This document shows, piece by piece, positions 39,073 to 49,482 of a DNA stretch of 60,252 bases. The stretch lies in the sequence record SRR20825010_561, one strand, 5' to 3'. Under the pieces are notes generated by a model. The model was not told the origin of the DNA and searched no databases. It saw only the letters and a program-made list of their open reading frames with translations. Position 1 is the stretch's first letter. Each line of letters starts with the position of its first letter. A program made the translations under genes and the position numbers.

Positions 39073-39462
39073 ATGACTGAAGTGGATTATAAAAACGTAC
39101 TCGTTGCGGAAGATAGCTCCGTAATTCAAAACCTTTTGAAAAAGATCCTGCTTTTTGAAAATTGCAAAATCACCTCCGCAAAAGATGGCCAAAGCGTATT
39201 AGACAAGTACGAAAAAGATGATTACGACCTCATTATTATGGATTTCAACCTTCCTGTATTGAGTGGGTTAGAAGCCACTAAAAAGATCAGGTCCATTAAA
39301 AACAAAAAAGGAAAAGTGCCTATTATTGGGATATCAGGGAATGCTAAAAACCTTCCTGAGAGTACTTTTTTTGAGGCTGGAGTTAATGAATACATGCAAA
39401 AGCCTTTGGATTATGATAAGCTTATTGAGTTGGTAAAAAAATATACTGCTTCTGCTGAATGA
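39073..39462 (+). CDS. Single-domain response regulator
   Basis: VLVAED, IMDFNLPVLSG, QKP. Confidence 0.88.
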   Translation: MTEVDYKNVLVAEDSSVIQNLLKKILLFENCKITSAKDGQSVLDKYEKDDYDLIIMDFNLPVLSGLEATKKIRSIKNKKGKVPIIGISGNAKNLPESTFFEAGVNEYMQKPLDYDKLIELVKKYTASAE

Positions 39463-39734
39463 CTGTAAGGTACACGAAACAATTTTTGAGCAAACTCGAA
39501 GATCTTTTCGCTGAATCTGATTACATCTTGCGGTATGAAAAAGGCAGTTTCAAATCAGGATATTGCCTTCTTAACGATACCAGAATTGCAATCATTAATA
39601 GGTACTATACCACGGAAGGCAAAATCACATGCCTAATTGATATTTTGAAGTCCATTCAAATAGACAAATCAAAGCTTAACGAAAAGAATAGGAAGCTCCT
39701 AATGGAATTATCACAAACCGAAATCGACCTGTGA
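39459..39734 (+). CDS. Hypothetical protein
   Basis: LRYEKGSFKSGYC motif; translationally coupled to both neighbours. Confidence 0.75.
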   Translation: MTVRYTKQFLSKLEDLFAESDYILRYEKGSFKSGYCLLNDTRIAIINRYYTTEGKITCLIDILKSIQIDKSKLNEKNRKLLMELSQTEIDL

Positions 39735-40492
39735 AAGTTACTTTTTTAGGCACCGGAACCTCACAAGGAGTCCCTGTAATTGGATGTTCTTGTGAGGTTT
39801 GTCGTTCTTTGGACTTCAGAGATAAAAGATTGAGAACATCAATTCATTTAGAAGTCGATGGACTAAGTATCATCTTCGACTCTGGGCCTGACTTTAGACA
39901 ACAAATTCTAAGAGAAAACATTACTCAGCTAGACGCCCTAGTCTTTACACATGAACATAAAGATCATACTGCCGGTATGGATGATATTCGTTCATTCAAC
40001 TTTCTACAAAAGAAAGACATGCCTGTTTATGCGCGTATTAATGTAATTGAACAACTGAAAAGAGAGTTTGCCTATATCTTTAGTGAGTCCAAATACCCAG
40101 GCATTCCTTCAGTTGACATTCAAGAGATAGTTAACTCTCCGTTTTTTATAGAAAAGACCAAGATAACACCAATAGAGGTGATCCACTTTAAATTACCCGT
40201 TTTTGGATTTCGGATTAAAGACTTCAGCTACATTACAGACGCAAAGACCATTTCTGATGTGGAGAAAGAAAAAATAAAGGGATCTAAAGTCTTGGTGGTT
40301 AATGCACTTCAAATAGACCAACATCCTAGTCATATGACCCTAGATGAGGCCATTCAACTGGCCAAGGAAATCAATGCAGAGAAAACCTACTTTACTCACT
40401 TAAGTCACAAAATGGGCACTCACAAGAAAGTAAGTATACTTCTGCCAGAAAATATCGAAATAGCTTATGATGGGCTAAAAATCGAAACCTAG
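39731..40492 (+). CDS. PhnP-like metallo-beta-lactamase-fold hydrolase
   Basis: LGTGTSQGVP, CSCEVC, THEHKDH, THLSH, AYDG. Confidence 0.9.
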   Translation: MKVTFLGTGTSQGVPVIGCSCEVCRSLDFRDKRLRTSIHLEVDGLSIIFDSGPDFRQQILRENITQLDALVFTHEHKDHTAGMDDIRSFNFLQKKDMPVYARINVIEQLKREFAYIFSESKYPGIPSVDIQEIVNSPFFIEKTKITPIEVIHFKLPVFGFRIKDFSYITDAKTISDVEKEKIKGSKVLVVNALQIDQHPSHMTLDEAIQLAKEINAEKTYFTHLSHKMGTHKKVSILLPENIEIAYDGLKIET

Positions 40493-42057
40493 TGCACCTT
40501 AATTTTTATGTATTAAAACGACTTTCAAAATCCTTGGGTTTAATACTTCAAGGGGCAGAACTCATTGAATCCTTCAGTCAAGAGAAGGACGAGCTAATTC
40601 TATCTTTTCTATTAAAAGACAATAATAGCTTCTTTATCAGAGCTACGCTACAAAGTGATTTTACTGCCTTGTCATTCCCTGCAAATTTCGCTCGAAGTAA
40701 AAAAAACAGCGCGGACATCTTCCCCTTTCTTATTCATAGTAGAGTCCAATCGGTCCATCAATATGAAAACGAAAGGGCATTTCATATTGCTTTTAAAAAT
40801 GGAGCCATGCTTCTCTTTAAGATGCACGGCAACCGATCTAATATTATATTCATACCAAAAGGTCATAATGCTCAACTCTTCAAAAAGAAGCTAATAGCAG
40901 ACAAAACCATAGTGCCCTCTTCTTTAGAGAGGCCAATAACTCGCTCTGAAGCCCTGTACTTAACTGAACCAGACCTCCATGAGTTCTACCCCACTTTTGG
41001 GAAGTTGATCAAAGAATACCTGTTGGCTAGGGGTTTCAATGCACTAGCAGTCCACGAGCGGTGGGTGGCATTAGTAGCCTTAACCGAGAAACTAGAGCAC
41101 ACCCCCTTTTACATCACGAATATAAAAGACATTCCTACGCTCAGCTTAATTGATTACGGTGATATAAAGGAAACGCTATCAGAAGACCCTATTCATGCGT
41201 TGAATCGCTTTTACCATATTTTCCATACAGAATATTCCTTCGAGAAGGAAAAGAGTAATGCACTACAGCTGTTTAATAAAAAAATAAGCCAAGCGAAAAA
41301 TTACATTACTAAAACAGAAAATCAACTAACAAAACTGGAAACATCAACTGCTCCCAATCACGTTGCAGATATAATTATGGCCAACCTGCATGCCATCCCT
41401 AGGGGAGTGACAACCATTAATCTGTTCAATTTCTATACTGATGATAACATTGACATCAAATTAAATAAGTCACTTTCTCCCCAGAGAAATGCTGAGAACT
41501 ATTATCGAAAGTCAAAGAATAGAAAAATAGAAGTTGAGAAACTTACAGAAAACATTTTAAACAAAGAAGAACAGCTAGATACACTACAAAGTCAAAAAGG
41601 CTTAATTGAGCAAGTTGAAAAGCTTAAAGAATTAAGGTCTATTGTCAAGAACAGCGGCTTTGAGCCAAATCACAGCATTCAAGAAGTTCACCTCCCTTAT
41701 AAAACATTTATAGTACAGGGATTTCAGGTTTGGGTGGGGAAAAATGCCAAGTCAAATGATGAACTTACATCAAAACACGCCTATAAAGAAGACCTCTGGT
41801 TGCATGCTAAAGACGTTCCTGGCTCACATGTTTTAATCAAACACCAAGCGGGAAAAAACATCCCCACATCTGTACTAGAAAGGGCTGCAGGTTTTGCTGC
41901 CTACTATTCAAAAAGAAAAACCGATACGTTGGTACCGGTTATTTATACGCCTGCAAAATATGTCCGCAAGAAAAAAGGAACTGCACCTGGTCAGGTATTT
42001 GTAGCACAAGAAAAGGTACTCATGGTTCCTTCTCAAGGGCCTCAAACAGAATCCTAG
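40492..42057 (+). CDS. NFACT/RqcH-family (FbpA-like) RNA-binding protein
   Basis: SPQRNAENYY, VGKNAKSNDELT, WLHAKDVPGSHV, AAYYS. Confidence 0.85.
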   Translation: MHLNFYVLKRLSKSLGLILQGAELIESFSQEKDELILSFLLKDNNSFFIRATLQSDFTALSFPANFARSKKNSADIFPFLIHSRVQSVHQYENERAFHIAFKNGAMLLFKMHGNRSNIIFIPKGHNAQLFKKKLIADKTIVPSSLERPITRSEALYLTEPDLHEFYPTFGKLIKEYLLARGFNALAVHERWVALVALTEKLEHTPFYITNIKDIPTLSLIDYGDIKETLSEDPIHALNRFYHIFHTEYSFEKEKSNALQLFNKKISQAKNYITKTENQLTKLETSTAPNHVADIIMANLHAIPRGVTTINLFNFYTDDNIDIKLNKSLSPQRNAENYYRKSKNRKIEVEKLTENILNKEEQLDTLQSQKGLIEQVEKLKELRSIVKNSGFEPNHSIQEVHLPYKTFIVQGFQVWVGKNAKSNDELTSKHAYKEDLWLHAKDVPGSHVLIKHQAGKNIPTSVLERAAGFAAYYSKRKTDTLVPVIYTPAKYVRKKKGTAPGQVFVAQEKVLMVPSQGPQTES

Positions 42058-43490
42058 TCAGCTACATTGAGTTTTAACATATTCGTTCTACCTCTTTCCC
42101 TTATAGGCATACTTGCGGTGGTAATAAACACATCACCTTTTTGTAAATGACCATTCGCCTTCAGAATATTTTCATGGTCCTTAAAGGTTTGATCTGTAGA
42201 CTCTTCACTGTCATAAAAGTAGGCCCTCACTCCCCAAACCAAAGCCAGTTTGGTCAGCAAACTTCTTTCTGGTGTGAAAATAAAAATATTTGCTTTTGGC
42301 CTATGCGATGCTAACTTAAATGCTGTATATCCCGACACCGTATTACCAAGCACAGCTTCTGCTTCAATTCTCTCAGCCAAACGACAAGCTGACAACATAA
42401 TGTTGTCATTCATGTAAGTGTCGCTAGACTCTAAAGGCTCATAAAAATTACTGTAAATGCGTTGAGCCGAGGACTCAACAGAAGCGATTGTCTTCGCCAT
42501 ACTCTTAATGGTCTCAACAGGGTATTTACCAGCAGCTGTTTCCGCAGAAAGCATCAGTGCATCGGCACCATCCAAAACCGCATTGGCAACATCATTGGTT
42601 TCTGCCCTCGTTGGCCTTGGGTTATAAATCATGCTTTCCATCATCTGAGTAGCAATAATCACTGGTTTAGCCGCCAAGTTACACTTCTCAACAATCATCT
42701 TTTGAGCGATTGGCACTTCCTCCATCACGATTTCAACTCCTAAATCTCCACGTGCCACCATTAGTGCGTCAGATTCAGCGATGATTTCATCTATGTTCTG
42801 AAGCGCCTCAGGCTTTTCAATTTTAGCAATAATTCTGCAGTCTTTCCCTTCCGCTTTAATTCTTGCTCTTAAATCACGAATATCATCTGCATGACGAACG
42901 AATGATAATGCAATCCAATCCACATTATTCGCTAAACCGAAAGCGAGGTCTTCAATATCTTTTGGCGTAAGTGAGGGGGCAGAAACCTTGGTAAAAGGGA
43001 GATTGATCCCTTTTTTAGATTTAAGTAACCCTCCGTATTTAACCACACAGGTTACATCAGCTTCTTTAATCGACTTGACTGTAAGCTCTAGATTCCCATC
43101 ATCAATCAAAATCATGTCACCAATACTTACATCTGTTGATAGGCCCTCGTATACAGTAGAGACCTTTTTACTATTGCCCACCATTTGTTCAGTAGTAATC
43201 ACTATTTCTTGGCCAGCTGTTATCAATACTTCACCACCTTCAATCTCACCAACCCTTATTTTAGGCCCTTGCAAATCCTGAAGAATAGAGCAGTATGTAC
43301 CCAGTTCATTATTAAGATCCCTAATTCTTTCTATAATTAGAGACTTATTTGCATGATCTCCATGCGAAAAATTTAAGCGAAAAACGTTCACCCCAGCATA
43401 AATCAGCTCCTTAAGCATCTCTTTAGAATCGCTTGCAGGACCAACCGTGGCCACAATTTTAGCTTTATTGATATTCTTATTATAACCCAT
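42054..43490 (-). CDS. pyk: Pyruvate kinase
   Basis: RLNFSHG, DLQGPKIR, AKIEK, MVARGDLG, PTRAE. Confidence 0.97.
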   Translation of the reverse strand: MGYNKNINKAKIVATVGPASDSKEMLKELIYAGVNVFRLNFSHGDHANKSLIIERIRDLNNELGTYCSILQDLQGPKIRVGEIEGGEVLITAGQEIVITTEQMVGNSKKVSTVYEGLSTDVSIGDMILIDDGNLELTVKSIKEADVTCVVKYGGLLKSKKGINLPFTKVSAPSLTPKDIEDLAFGLANNVDWIALSFVRHADDIRDLRARIKAEGKDCRIIAKIEKPEALQNIDEIIAESDALMVARGDLGVEIVMEEVPIAQKMIVEKCNLAAKPVIIATQMMESMIYNPRPTRAETNDVANAVLDGADALMLSAETAAGKYPVETIKSMAKTIASVESSAQRIYSNFYEPLESSDTYMNDNIMLSACRLAERIEAEAVLGNTVSGYTAFKLASHRPKANIFIFTPERSLLTKLALVWGVRAYFYDSEESTDQTFKDHENILKANGHLQKGDVFITTASMPIRERGRTNMLKLNVAD

Positions 43491-43491
43491 A

Positions 43492-43920
43492 TTAAAATAT
43501 TAAATTATCCTTTGATTTCAAGGCCGAAGCATCCATTAACACCGCGAATTGAACGAAAGGTATTTCTTTGATTTTTGAAATGAAAGCGTTTAAGTCAAAA
43601 CCCACAGATTCGTTCTCTAACATAATAAAAAAGTCGAAATTCTTTAACTCAGGAATAATAAACGCATTGAATTGCTCCTCTCCCTCGACTGCTCGATTAC
43701 GTATTAACCTAAAAGTTTGGTATTCCGTCTCGTATAAATAGTTGGATATCAGCAAGGCCTTATTACCTGTGAAATCTAGTTCAATATTCTCTTTTTTAAC
43801 TAAATCCCACGCTAGACTTTTGTTTAGCATCCAAGCCAGCTTGTATTCCTTTACGCTAGCATTAATTGCTACCAGTTCAAAATCAATCTCATAAGAAATT
43901 TCGAGCTTATTTTTTGCCAT
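43492..43920 (-). CDS. IPExxxVDY-family protein
   Basis: EYKLAWMLN, IIPELKNFDF, LKSKDNLIF; start revised to 43920. Confidence 0.75.
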   Translation of the reverse strand: MAKNKLEISYEIDFELVAINASVKEYKLAWMLNKSLAWDLVKKENIELDFTGNKALLISNYLYETEYQTFRLIRNRAVEGEEQFNAFIIPELKNFDFFIMLENESVGFDLNAFISKIKEIPFVQFAVLMDASALKSKDNLIF

Positions 43921-44040
43921 AAATGCGAAAAAAACGGGTTTCTCAATACTCAAGTACCCAACGACAAGATTAAAAAATATGTTTGACATTATTGTTAATT
44001 TGCATTTCTTTGCAACACGTTTTAACTAAAATTTTCCAAA

Positions 44041-44280
44041 ATGTCGGACATTGCATCAAAAGTAAAGGATATCATCATTGATAAACTAGGAGTAGAAGAA
44101 TCAGAGGTGACTCCCGAAGCAAGCTTCACTAATGATCTTGGAGCAGATTCACTTGACACGGTTGAGTTAATCATGGAGTTCGAGAAAGAATTCAACATTT
44201 CTATTCCAGATGATCAAGCAGAGAACATTGGCACCGTAGGTGATGCCATCTCTTACCTGGAAGCTAACGTTAGCAATTAA
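44041..44280 (+). CDS. acpP: Acyl carrier protein
   Basis: [11 protein letters not shown]. Confidence 0.97.
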   Translation: MSDIASKVKDIIIDKLGVEESEVTPEASFTNDLGADSLDTVELIMEFEKEFNISIPDDQAENIGTVGDAISYLEANVSN

Positions 44281-44303
44281 TAATTTTTACTTACTACTCT
44301 TAT

Positions 44304-45554
44304 ATGCAATTAAAGCGAGTTGTAGTAACAGGCCTTGGCGCACTAACACCTTTAGGAAACAATCTCGATACTTATTGGGCTAATCTTATTAAAGGTGTAA
44401 GTGGTGCTGGGCCTATCACCCGTTTCAATCCAGAAAAATTCAAAACTCAGTTTGCCTGTGAAGTGAAGGATTATGATCCTTTAAATCATTTCGACAGGAA
44501 GGAGGTACGTAAGATGGACCTCTTTACACAGTTCGCTATGATTGCGGCTACTGAAGCTTTTGAACATTCAGGCTTGGACTTAGCGTCTATTGACCTATCC
44601 AAGGCCGGAGTAATTTGGGGATCAGGAATTGGAGGACTTAAAACCTTTCAGGATGAAGTTATGTCATTCGCACAAGGTGATGGTACCCCAAGGTTCAATC
44701 CTTTCTTTATTCCAAAAATGATTGCGGACATATCTTCGGGTATGATCTCAATCAAATATGGTTTCCGCGGGCCTAACTTTGTAACTGTTTCAGCTTGTGC
44801 TTCAGCTACCAACGCCATGATTGATGCCATGACCTATATAAAACTAGGTAAGGCTAAGATTATGATTACTGGTGGTTCAGAAGCTTCTGTTACCGAAGCA
44901 GGGATGGGTGGATTTAATTCCATGAAGGCACTCTCTGAAAGAAATGACAGTCCACAAACGGCATCGAGACCTTTTGACAAAGACAGAGATGGCTTTGTTT
45001 TGGGAGAAGGCGCTGGGGCTTTAATTCTTGAGGAATACGAGCATGCGAAAGCGCGTGGAGCTAAAATCTATGCAGAAATAGTTGGAGGTGGAATGTCGGC
45101 TGATGCCTATCATATCACTGCCCCACATCCAGATGGCCTTGGAGCTACAAGCGTTATGATTAATGCGCTTGAAGATGCCCAAATGAAGCCTGAGGAGATT
45201 GATTATATCAATGTGCATGGCACTTCCACTCCTCTGGGAGATATGAGCGAAGTCATTGCTATTGAAAAAGTATTTGGTGAACACGCTTATAACCTGAACA
45301 TCAGCTCTACAAAGTCGATGACAGGTCACCTTTTGGGAGCTGCTGGAGCTATCGAGGCCATAGCAGCAATAAAATCAATTGAACATCAAATTGTTCCTCC
45401 AACCATCAATCATTTTACTGATGATGACCAGTTCAATCCTAAGCTGAATTTCACATTCAATAAGGCTCAGGAAAGAACGATCAACGCCTGTTTAAGTAAT
45501 ACTTTTGGCTTTGGTGGTCACAATACATCAGTCGTATTTAGAAAACTGGATTGA
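44304..45554 (+). CDS. fabF: Beta-ketoacyl-ACP synthase II
   Basis: SACAS, HGTST, GHLLGAAG, NTFGFGG. Confidence 0.96.
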   Translation: MQLKRVVVTGLGALTPLGNNLDTYWANLIKGVSGAGPITRFNPEKFKTQFACEVKDYDPLNHFDRKEVRKMDLFTQFAMIAATEAFEHSGLDLASIDLSKAGVIWGSGIGGLKTFQDEVMSFAQGDGTPRFNPFFIPKMIADISSGMISIKYGFRGPNFVTVSACASATNAMIDAMTYIKLGKAKIMITGGSEASVTEAGMGGFNSMKALSERNDSPQTASRPFDKDRDGFVLGEGAGALILEEYEHAKARGAKIYAEIVGGGMSADAYHITAPHPDGLGATSVMINALEDAQMKPEEIDYINVHGTSTPLGDMSEVIAIEKVFGEHAYNLNISSTKSMTGHLLGAAGAIEAIAAIKSIEHQIVPPTINHFTDDDQFNPKLNFTFNKAQERTINACLSNTFGFGGHNTSVVFRKLD

Positions 45555-46288
45555 AAGTGAGGTTGTGGTTAACCCAATTTAAAACACTTTCAAAAGAAGA
45601 TAAAAAGCTTATTGCCTCAATTAAGACAATTGTGGGCAGTAAGCCTTTTAATTTAAAACCCTACAAAATTGCAACCCAACATACCTCTGTCGCTAAATCG
45701 GTAAAAGAGGGTATTAAAGAATCAAACGAAAGGCTAGAGTTCCTTGGTGATGCGGTTTTAGGACTAGTCGTAGCCAATTACATCTTCAAAAAATATCCTT
45801 ATAAAGACGAAGGTTTCCTAACAGAAATCAGATCTAGAATTGTAAGCAGGGATTCTTTGAATCTGCTCGCTCGAAAAATTGGTGTAGATCATATTGTTCA
45901 ATTCGATTCCAGGAGAAAAACACCCAACTCCCACAAATCCATTTATGGCAATACATTAGAGGCCCTTATTGGCGCTGTATATGTTGATCAAGGATTTAAG
46001 CGTTCCCAAAAATTCATCGTCAGCAAACTCTTAATTCCTCATTTCGATATTGAGGAGATTATTAGCACTACGAAAAATTACAAAAGCAAACTGATTGAAT
46101 GGGCACAGAAGAACGGGAAAACCACTAGCTTTGACCTACTGGAAACCAAAGAAAAAACCCACTTTAAAGAGTTCGTGATTCAAGTTTTAATTGATGACGA
46201 ACCAATAGCCAAGGGACATGGTTTAAGCAAAAAGAAAGCAGAGCAAGATGCAGCCCGCGAGGCTTGTATTTCACTTGAAATTGAATAA
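45551..46288 (+). CDS. rnc: Ribonuclease III
   Basis: NERLEFLGDAVL signature and C-terminal dsRBD (SKKKAEQDAA). Confidence 0.95.
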   Translation: MKVRLWLTQFKTLSKEDKKLIASIKTIVGSKPFNLKPYKIATQHTSVAKSVKEGIKESNERLEFLGDAVLGLVVANYIFKKYPYKDEGFLTEIRSRIVSRDSLNLLARKIGVDHIVQFDSRRKTPNSHKSIYGNTLEALIGAVYVDQGFKRSQKFIVSKLLIPHFDIEEIISTTKNYKSKLIEWAQKNGKTTSFDLLETKEKTHFKEFVIQVLIDDEPIAKGHGLSKKKAEQDAAREACISLEIE

Positions 46289-48124
46289 ATGGGAATTTAT
46301 CGTATTGGTACTGCCACAGTAAACCAAACCCCTCTCGACTGGACAAACAATATTCTTCAACTCAAAAAGGCTTTAAATGAAGCTAAAAATGAGGGCATAG
46401 AAATTTTATGTTTACCTGAATTATCGGTGACGGCTTATGGCTGTGAAGATTTGTTTTTAAGCCATTGGTTACCCGAAAAAGCAAAGTCCTTTCTACCTGA
46501 ACTGATTGCAGAAACCAAAGGCTTACTCACCAGTTTCAACCTCCCCTTATTTTTTGAAAACAAACTGTATAACTGTGCTGTAGTGGTTCATGACCAAAAA
46601 ATACTAGGCGTTTATGCAAAGCAATATATGGCGCTTGATGGCGTACATTATGAGCCTCGCTGGTTCAATCCTTGGCCTATCGGAAAAGTGAGTGAGATTG
46701 AAATTGATGGAGCAAACTACCCCATCGGAGACCTCACCTTTGATTTTAAAGATTGGAAAATTGGTTTCGAAATATGTGAAGACGCTTGGAGAGGTACTAT
46801 TCGCCCTGCACACAGGCTTTGTGAAAAGGAAGTAAACCTCATATTGAACCCAAGCGCCAGTCACTTTGCAATGGAGAAAACATTGCAGCGAATTGACTTG
46901 GTTAAAAATTCATCTGTAGATTTTAAATGCACCTACGTTTACTCAAACCTTTTGGGGAACGAAGCGGGAAGAATGATCTATGATGGAGAAATGATGATTG
47001 CTCAAAGTGGTGATCTCCTTTTGAGGAACGAATTGCTTTCATTCAAACCCTACCAAGTCATTTGGGCAGATGTGAATTCAGACGGGAATACCCAACCCCA
47101 AAACGTCAGCCCAATAGATGCAAAGGAAGTTGAGTTTCCAAAAGCAGCAGGCTTAGCCTTATATGATTACCTAAGAAAAAGCCGAAGTAATGGTTATGCC
47201 CTCTCCTTAAGTGGCGGTGCTGACTCTGCTACTTGTGCCGTATTGGTATCCGAAATGGTAAAAAGAGCCATTGAAACTTTAGGTCAATCAACTTTTTCAA
47301 AAACTATTAGTCGAGTCGATTTAGAAGGAAAGAGCCAAAAAGAAATTGTCGGAGAGATTTTCGCGACTGCTTATCAAGGCTCTTTAAACTCATCGGACGA
47401 TACTTTAAGCGCGGCTCGGGAACTCGCAAATTCAATCGGAGCCACTTTTTATCATTGGACAATAGACAAGGTCGTTGAGAATTACACTTCGACCATAGAA
47501 ACGGTCCTCGATAGAAAACTGGGCTGGGAAACTGATGATATTACACTCCAGAATATTCAGGCCCGCTCCAGAAGCCCTATTATATGGATGCTGGCCAACA
47601 TTAAAAACAGGGTATTGCTTACGACTTCGAACCGAAGCGAAGGCAGTGTGGGTTACGCCACAATTGATGGAGACACCAGTGGTAGCCTAGCGCCTATTTC
47701 GAGTGTAGACAAAGTCTTCATTAGAAAGTGGCTTGCTTATGCAGAAGAACACTTGGGCTACACTGGCCTGGCCAAGATTAACAGCTTAGCCCCTACGGCT
47801 GAGCTTAGACCAAAAGATCAGCACCAAACCGATGAGGATGATTTAATGCCTTATCCGATTTTGCTGGCCATAGAGCAGTTGGCCATTCGAGATCATCAAT
47901 CCCCAAAAGAAGTTTTCGCAAACCTGAAAAATAAAGGGCTAGAAGATGAAAGTCTCTTGAAGGATCACATTATTAAATTCTACAAACTTTGGAGTAGAAA
48001 CCAGTGGAAAAGAGAGCGCCTTGCTCCTGCATTTCATTTGGATGAATTCAACGTTGATCCACGCACCTGGTGTCGATTCCCGATTTTATCAGCGGGTTTT
48101 GTAGAAGAACTGAAAGAGTTATAA
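46289..48124 (+). CDS. nadE: Glutamine-dependent NAD+ synthetase
   Basis: Nitrilase domain (LPEL, AK, EICED) plus SGGADS, QNIQARSR, PTAEL. Confidence 0.93.
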   Translation: MGIYRIGTATVNQTPLDWTNNILQLKKALNEAKNEGIEILCLPELSVTAYGCEDLFLSHWLPEKAKSFLPELIAETKGLLTSFNLPLFFENKLYNCAVVVHDQKILGVYAKQYMALDGVHYEPRWFNPWPIGKVSEIEIDGANYPIGDLTFDFKDWKIGFEICEDAWRGTIRPAHRLCEKEVNLILNPSASHFAMEKTLQRIDLVKNSSVDFKCTYVYSNLLGNEAGRMIYDGEMMIAQSGDLLLRNELLSFKPYQVIWADVNSDGNTQPQNVSPIDAKEVEFPKAAGLALYDYLRKSRSNGYALSLSGGADSATCAVLVSEMVKRAIETLGQSTFSKTISRVDLEGKSQKEIVGEIFATAYQGSLNSSDDTLSAARELANSIGATFYHWTIDKVVENYTSTIETVLDRKLGWETDDITLQNIQARSRSPIIWMLANIKNRVLLTTSNRSEGSVGYATIDGDTSGSLAPISSVDKVFIRKWLAYAEEHLGYTGLAKINSLAPTAELRPKDQHQTDEDDLMPYPILLAIEQLAIRDHQSPKEVFANLKNKGLEDESLLKDHIIKFYKLWSRNQWKRERLAPAFHLDEFNVDPRTWCRFPILSAGFVEELKEL

Positions 48125-48129
48125 GGAAA

Positions 48130-48567
48130 ATGGAGTTTAAAGTTGACTTTGTACAGCAACACGAATTCCCCACTATTGTTGACGTTTGGGAAGCTTCCGT
48201 TAGGGCCACTCACCACTTCTTGAAAGAAGAAGACATTGCTTATTTCAAACCACTTATTCTAAACGAGTATTTAAAAGCTGTTGATTTACGCTGTGTTCGA
48301 GATAGCGCAAAAAACATCATTGGTTTTCTTGGAGTAGCTGATCAAAATATTGAAATGCTCTTTATTCACCCAGATGTTCGTGGCAAAGGAATTGGGAAAA
48401 TGCTAACAGAACACGCTATTAAGGAGCTCCATTGTATCAAAGTAGACGTAAACGAAGACAATGAACAAGCCCTTGGCTTCTATCAAAACATAGGTTTCAA
48501 AATCGTTGGCCGCTCTAAACTTGATGGCACCGGTAAGCCATACCCCCTTTTACATATGGAATTATAA
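48130..48567 (+). CDS. GNAT acetyltransferase (YjaB-like)
   Basis: WEASVRATHHFL, RGKGIG, VDVNEDN...GFY; start revised to 48130. Confidence 0.88.
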   Translation: MEFKVDFVQQHEFPTIVDVWEASVRATHHFLKEEDIAYFKPLILNEYLKAVDLRCVRDSAKNIIGFLGVADQNIEMLFIHPDVRGKGIGKMLTEHAIKELHCIKVDVNEDNEQALGFYQNIGFKIVGRSKLDGTGKPYPLLHMEL

Positions 48568-48591
48568 TGGTTATTATTTATTGAGGTGGAT

Positions 48592-48609
48592 CTAAATGAA
48601 TTCATTTAG
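48592..48609. promoter_or_regulatory. Perfect 18-bp palindrome, putative operator
   Basis: CTAAATGAATTCATTTAG, 21 nt upstream of the ygiD start. Confidence 0.5.
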
Positions 48610-48630
48610 CTTTAATGATGTTAACCCAGA

Positions 48631-49467
48631 ATGGCAATGAAACTTAACGAACTCAGCAAAATTTCTTCATCATTTCCCAATACGGAGAAAATGCCTGTGC
48701 TTTTCTTGGGACACGGAAGTCCAATGAATGCCATTGAGGAAAATGAGTTTGTGGAAGGCTTTAGAAAAGTAGCCACTGAAATCTCCAAACCTAATGCTAT
48801 TCTGTGTATTTCGGCCCACTGGGAAACCCGAGGTACTTTTCTGACAGCAATGGAGTCGCCAAAAACAATTCATGACTTTGGAGGCTTCCCTAAACAACTT
48901 TTTGAGGTGCAATATCCAGCTCCTGGAAGTCCAACTCTGGCGAAAGAAACAAAAAGAATCATTACAAAAGCGAGCGTAGAACTCGACTATGATTGGGGAC
49001 TCGACCATGGTGCATGGAGCGTGATAAAACACATGTATCCAAATGCCGATGTGCCTGTCATTCAAATGAGTTTGGATTACAATCAAACTCCTCAATACCA
49101 CTATAACCTCGCTAAACAGTTATCTGAATTGAGGCAAAAAGGTGTACTAATTATTGGAAGCGGAAACATGGTTCATAATTTACGCTTGGTCGCATGGAAC
49201 CAAATCAATACCATTGGTTATGCACACGATTGGGCTTTAGAGGCCAAGGAGAAGATGAATCATTTTATTCTGAATGGACACCACGATTCACTGATCAACT
49301 ATAAAGCAAATGGACGGGCTTTTGAACTTTCTATTCCCACGCCTGAGCATTACCTGCCTCTACTTTACACCTTGGCCTTGAAGGATGAAAATGAGCCTGT
49401 ATCGTTATTCAATGACAAGTCGATAGCAGGTTCACTGACAATGACTTCGGTAAAAATAGGCTGTTAA
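48631..49467 (+). CDS. ygiD: 4,5-DOPA extradiol dioxygenase
   Basis: GHGSPMNA, SAHW, HDFGGFP, GLDHG, HNL, PTPEHYLPL. Confidence 0.9.
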   Translation: MAMKLNELSKISSSFPNTEKMPVLFLGHGSPMNAIEENEFVEGFRKVATEISKPNAILCISAHWETRGTFLTAMESPKTIHDFGGFPKQLFEVQYPAPGSPTLAKETKRIITKASVELDYDWGLDHGAWSVIKHMYPNADVPVIQMSLDYNQTPQYHYNLAKQLSELRQKGVLIIGSGNMVHNLRLVAWNQINTIGYAHDWALEAKEKMNHFILNGHHDSLINYKANGRAFELSIPTPEHYLPLLYTLALKDENEPVSLFNDKSIAGSLTMTSVKIGC

Positions 49468-49482
49468 GGTTTTAGGTGATAA

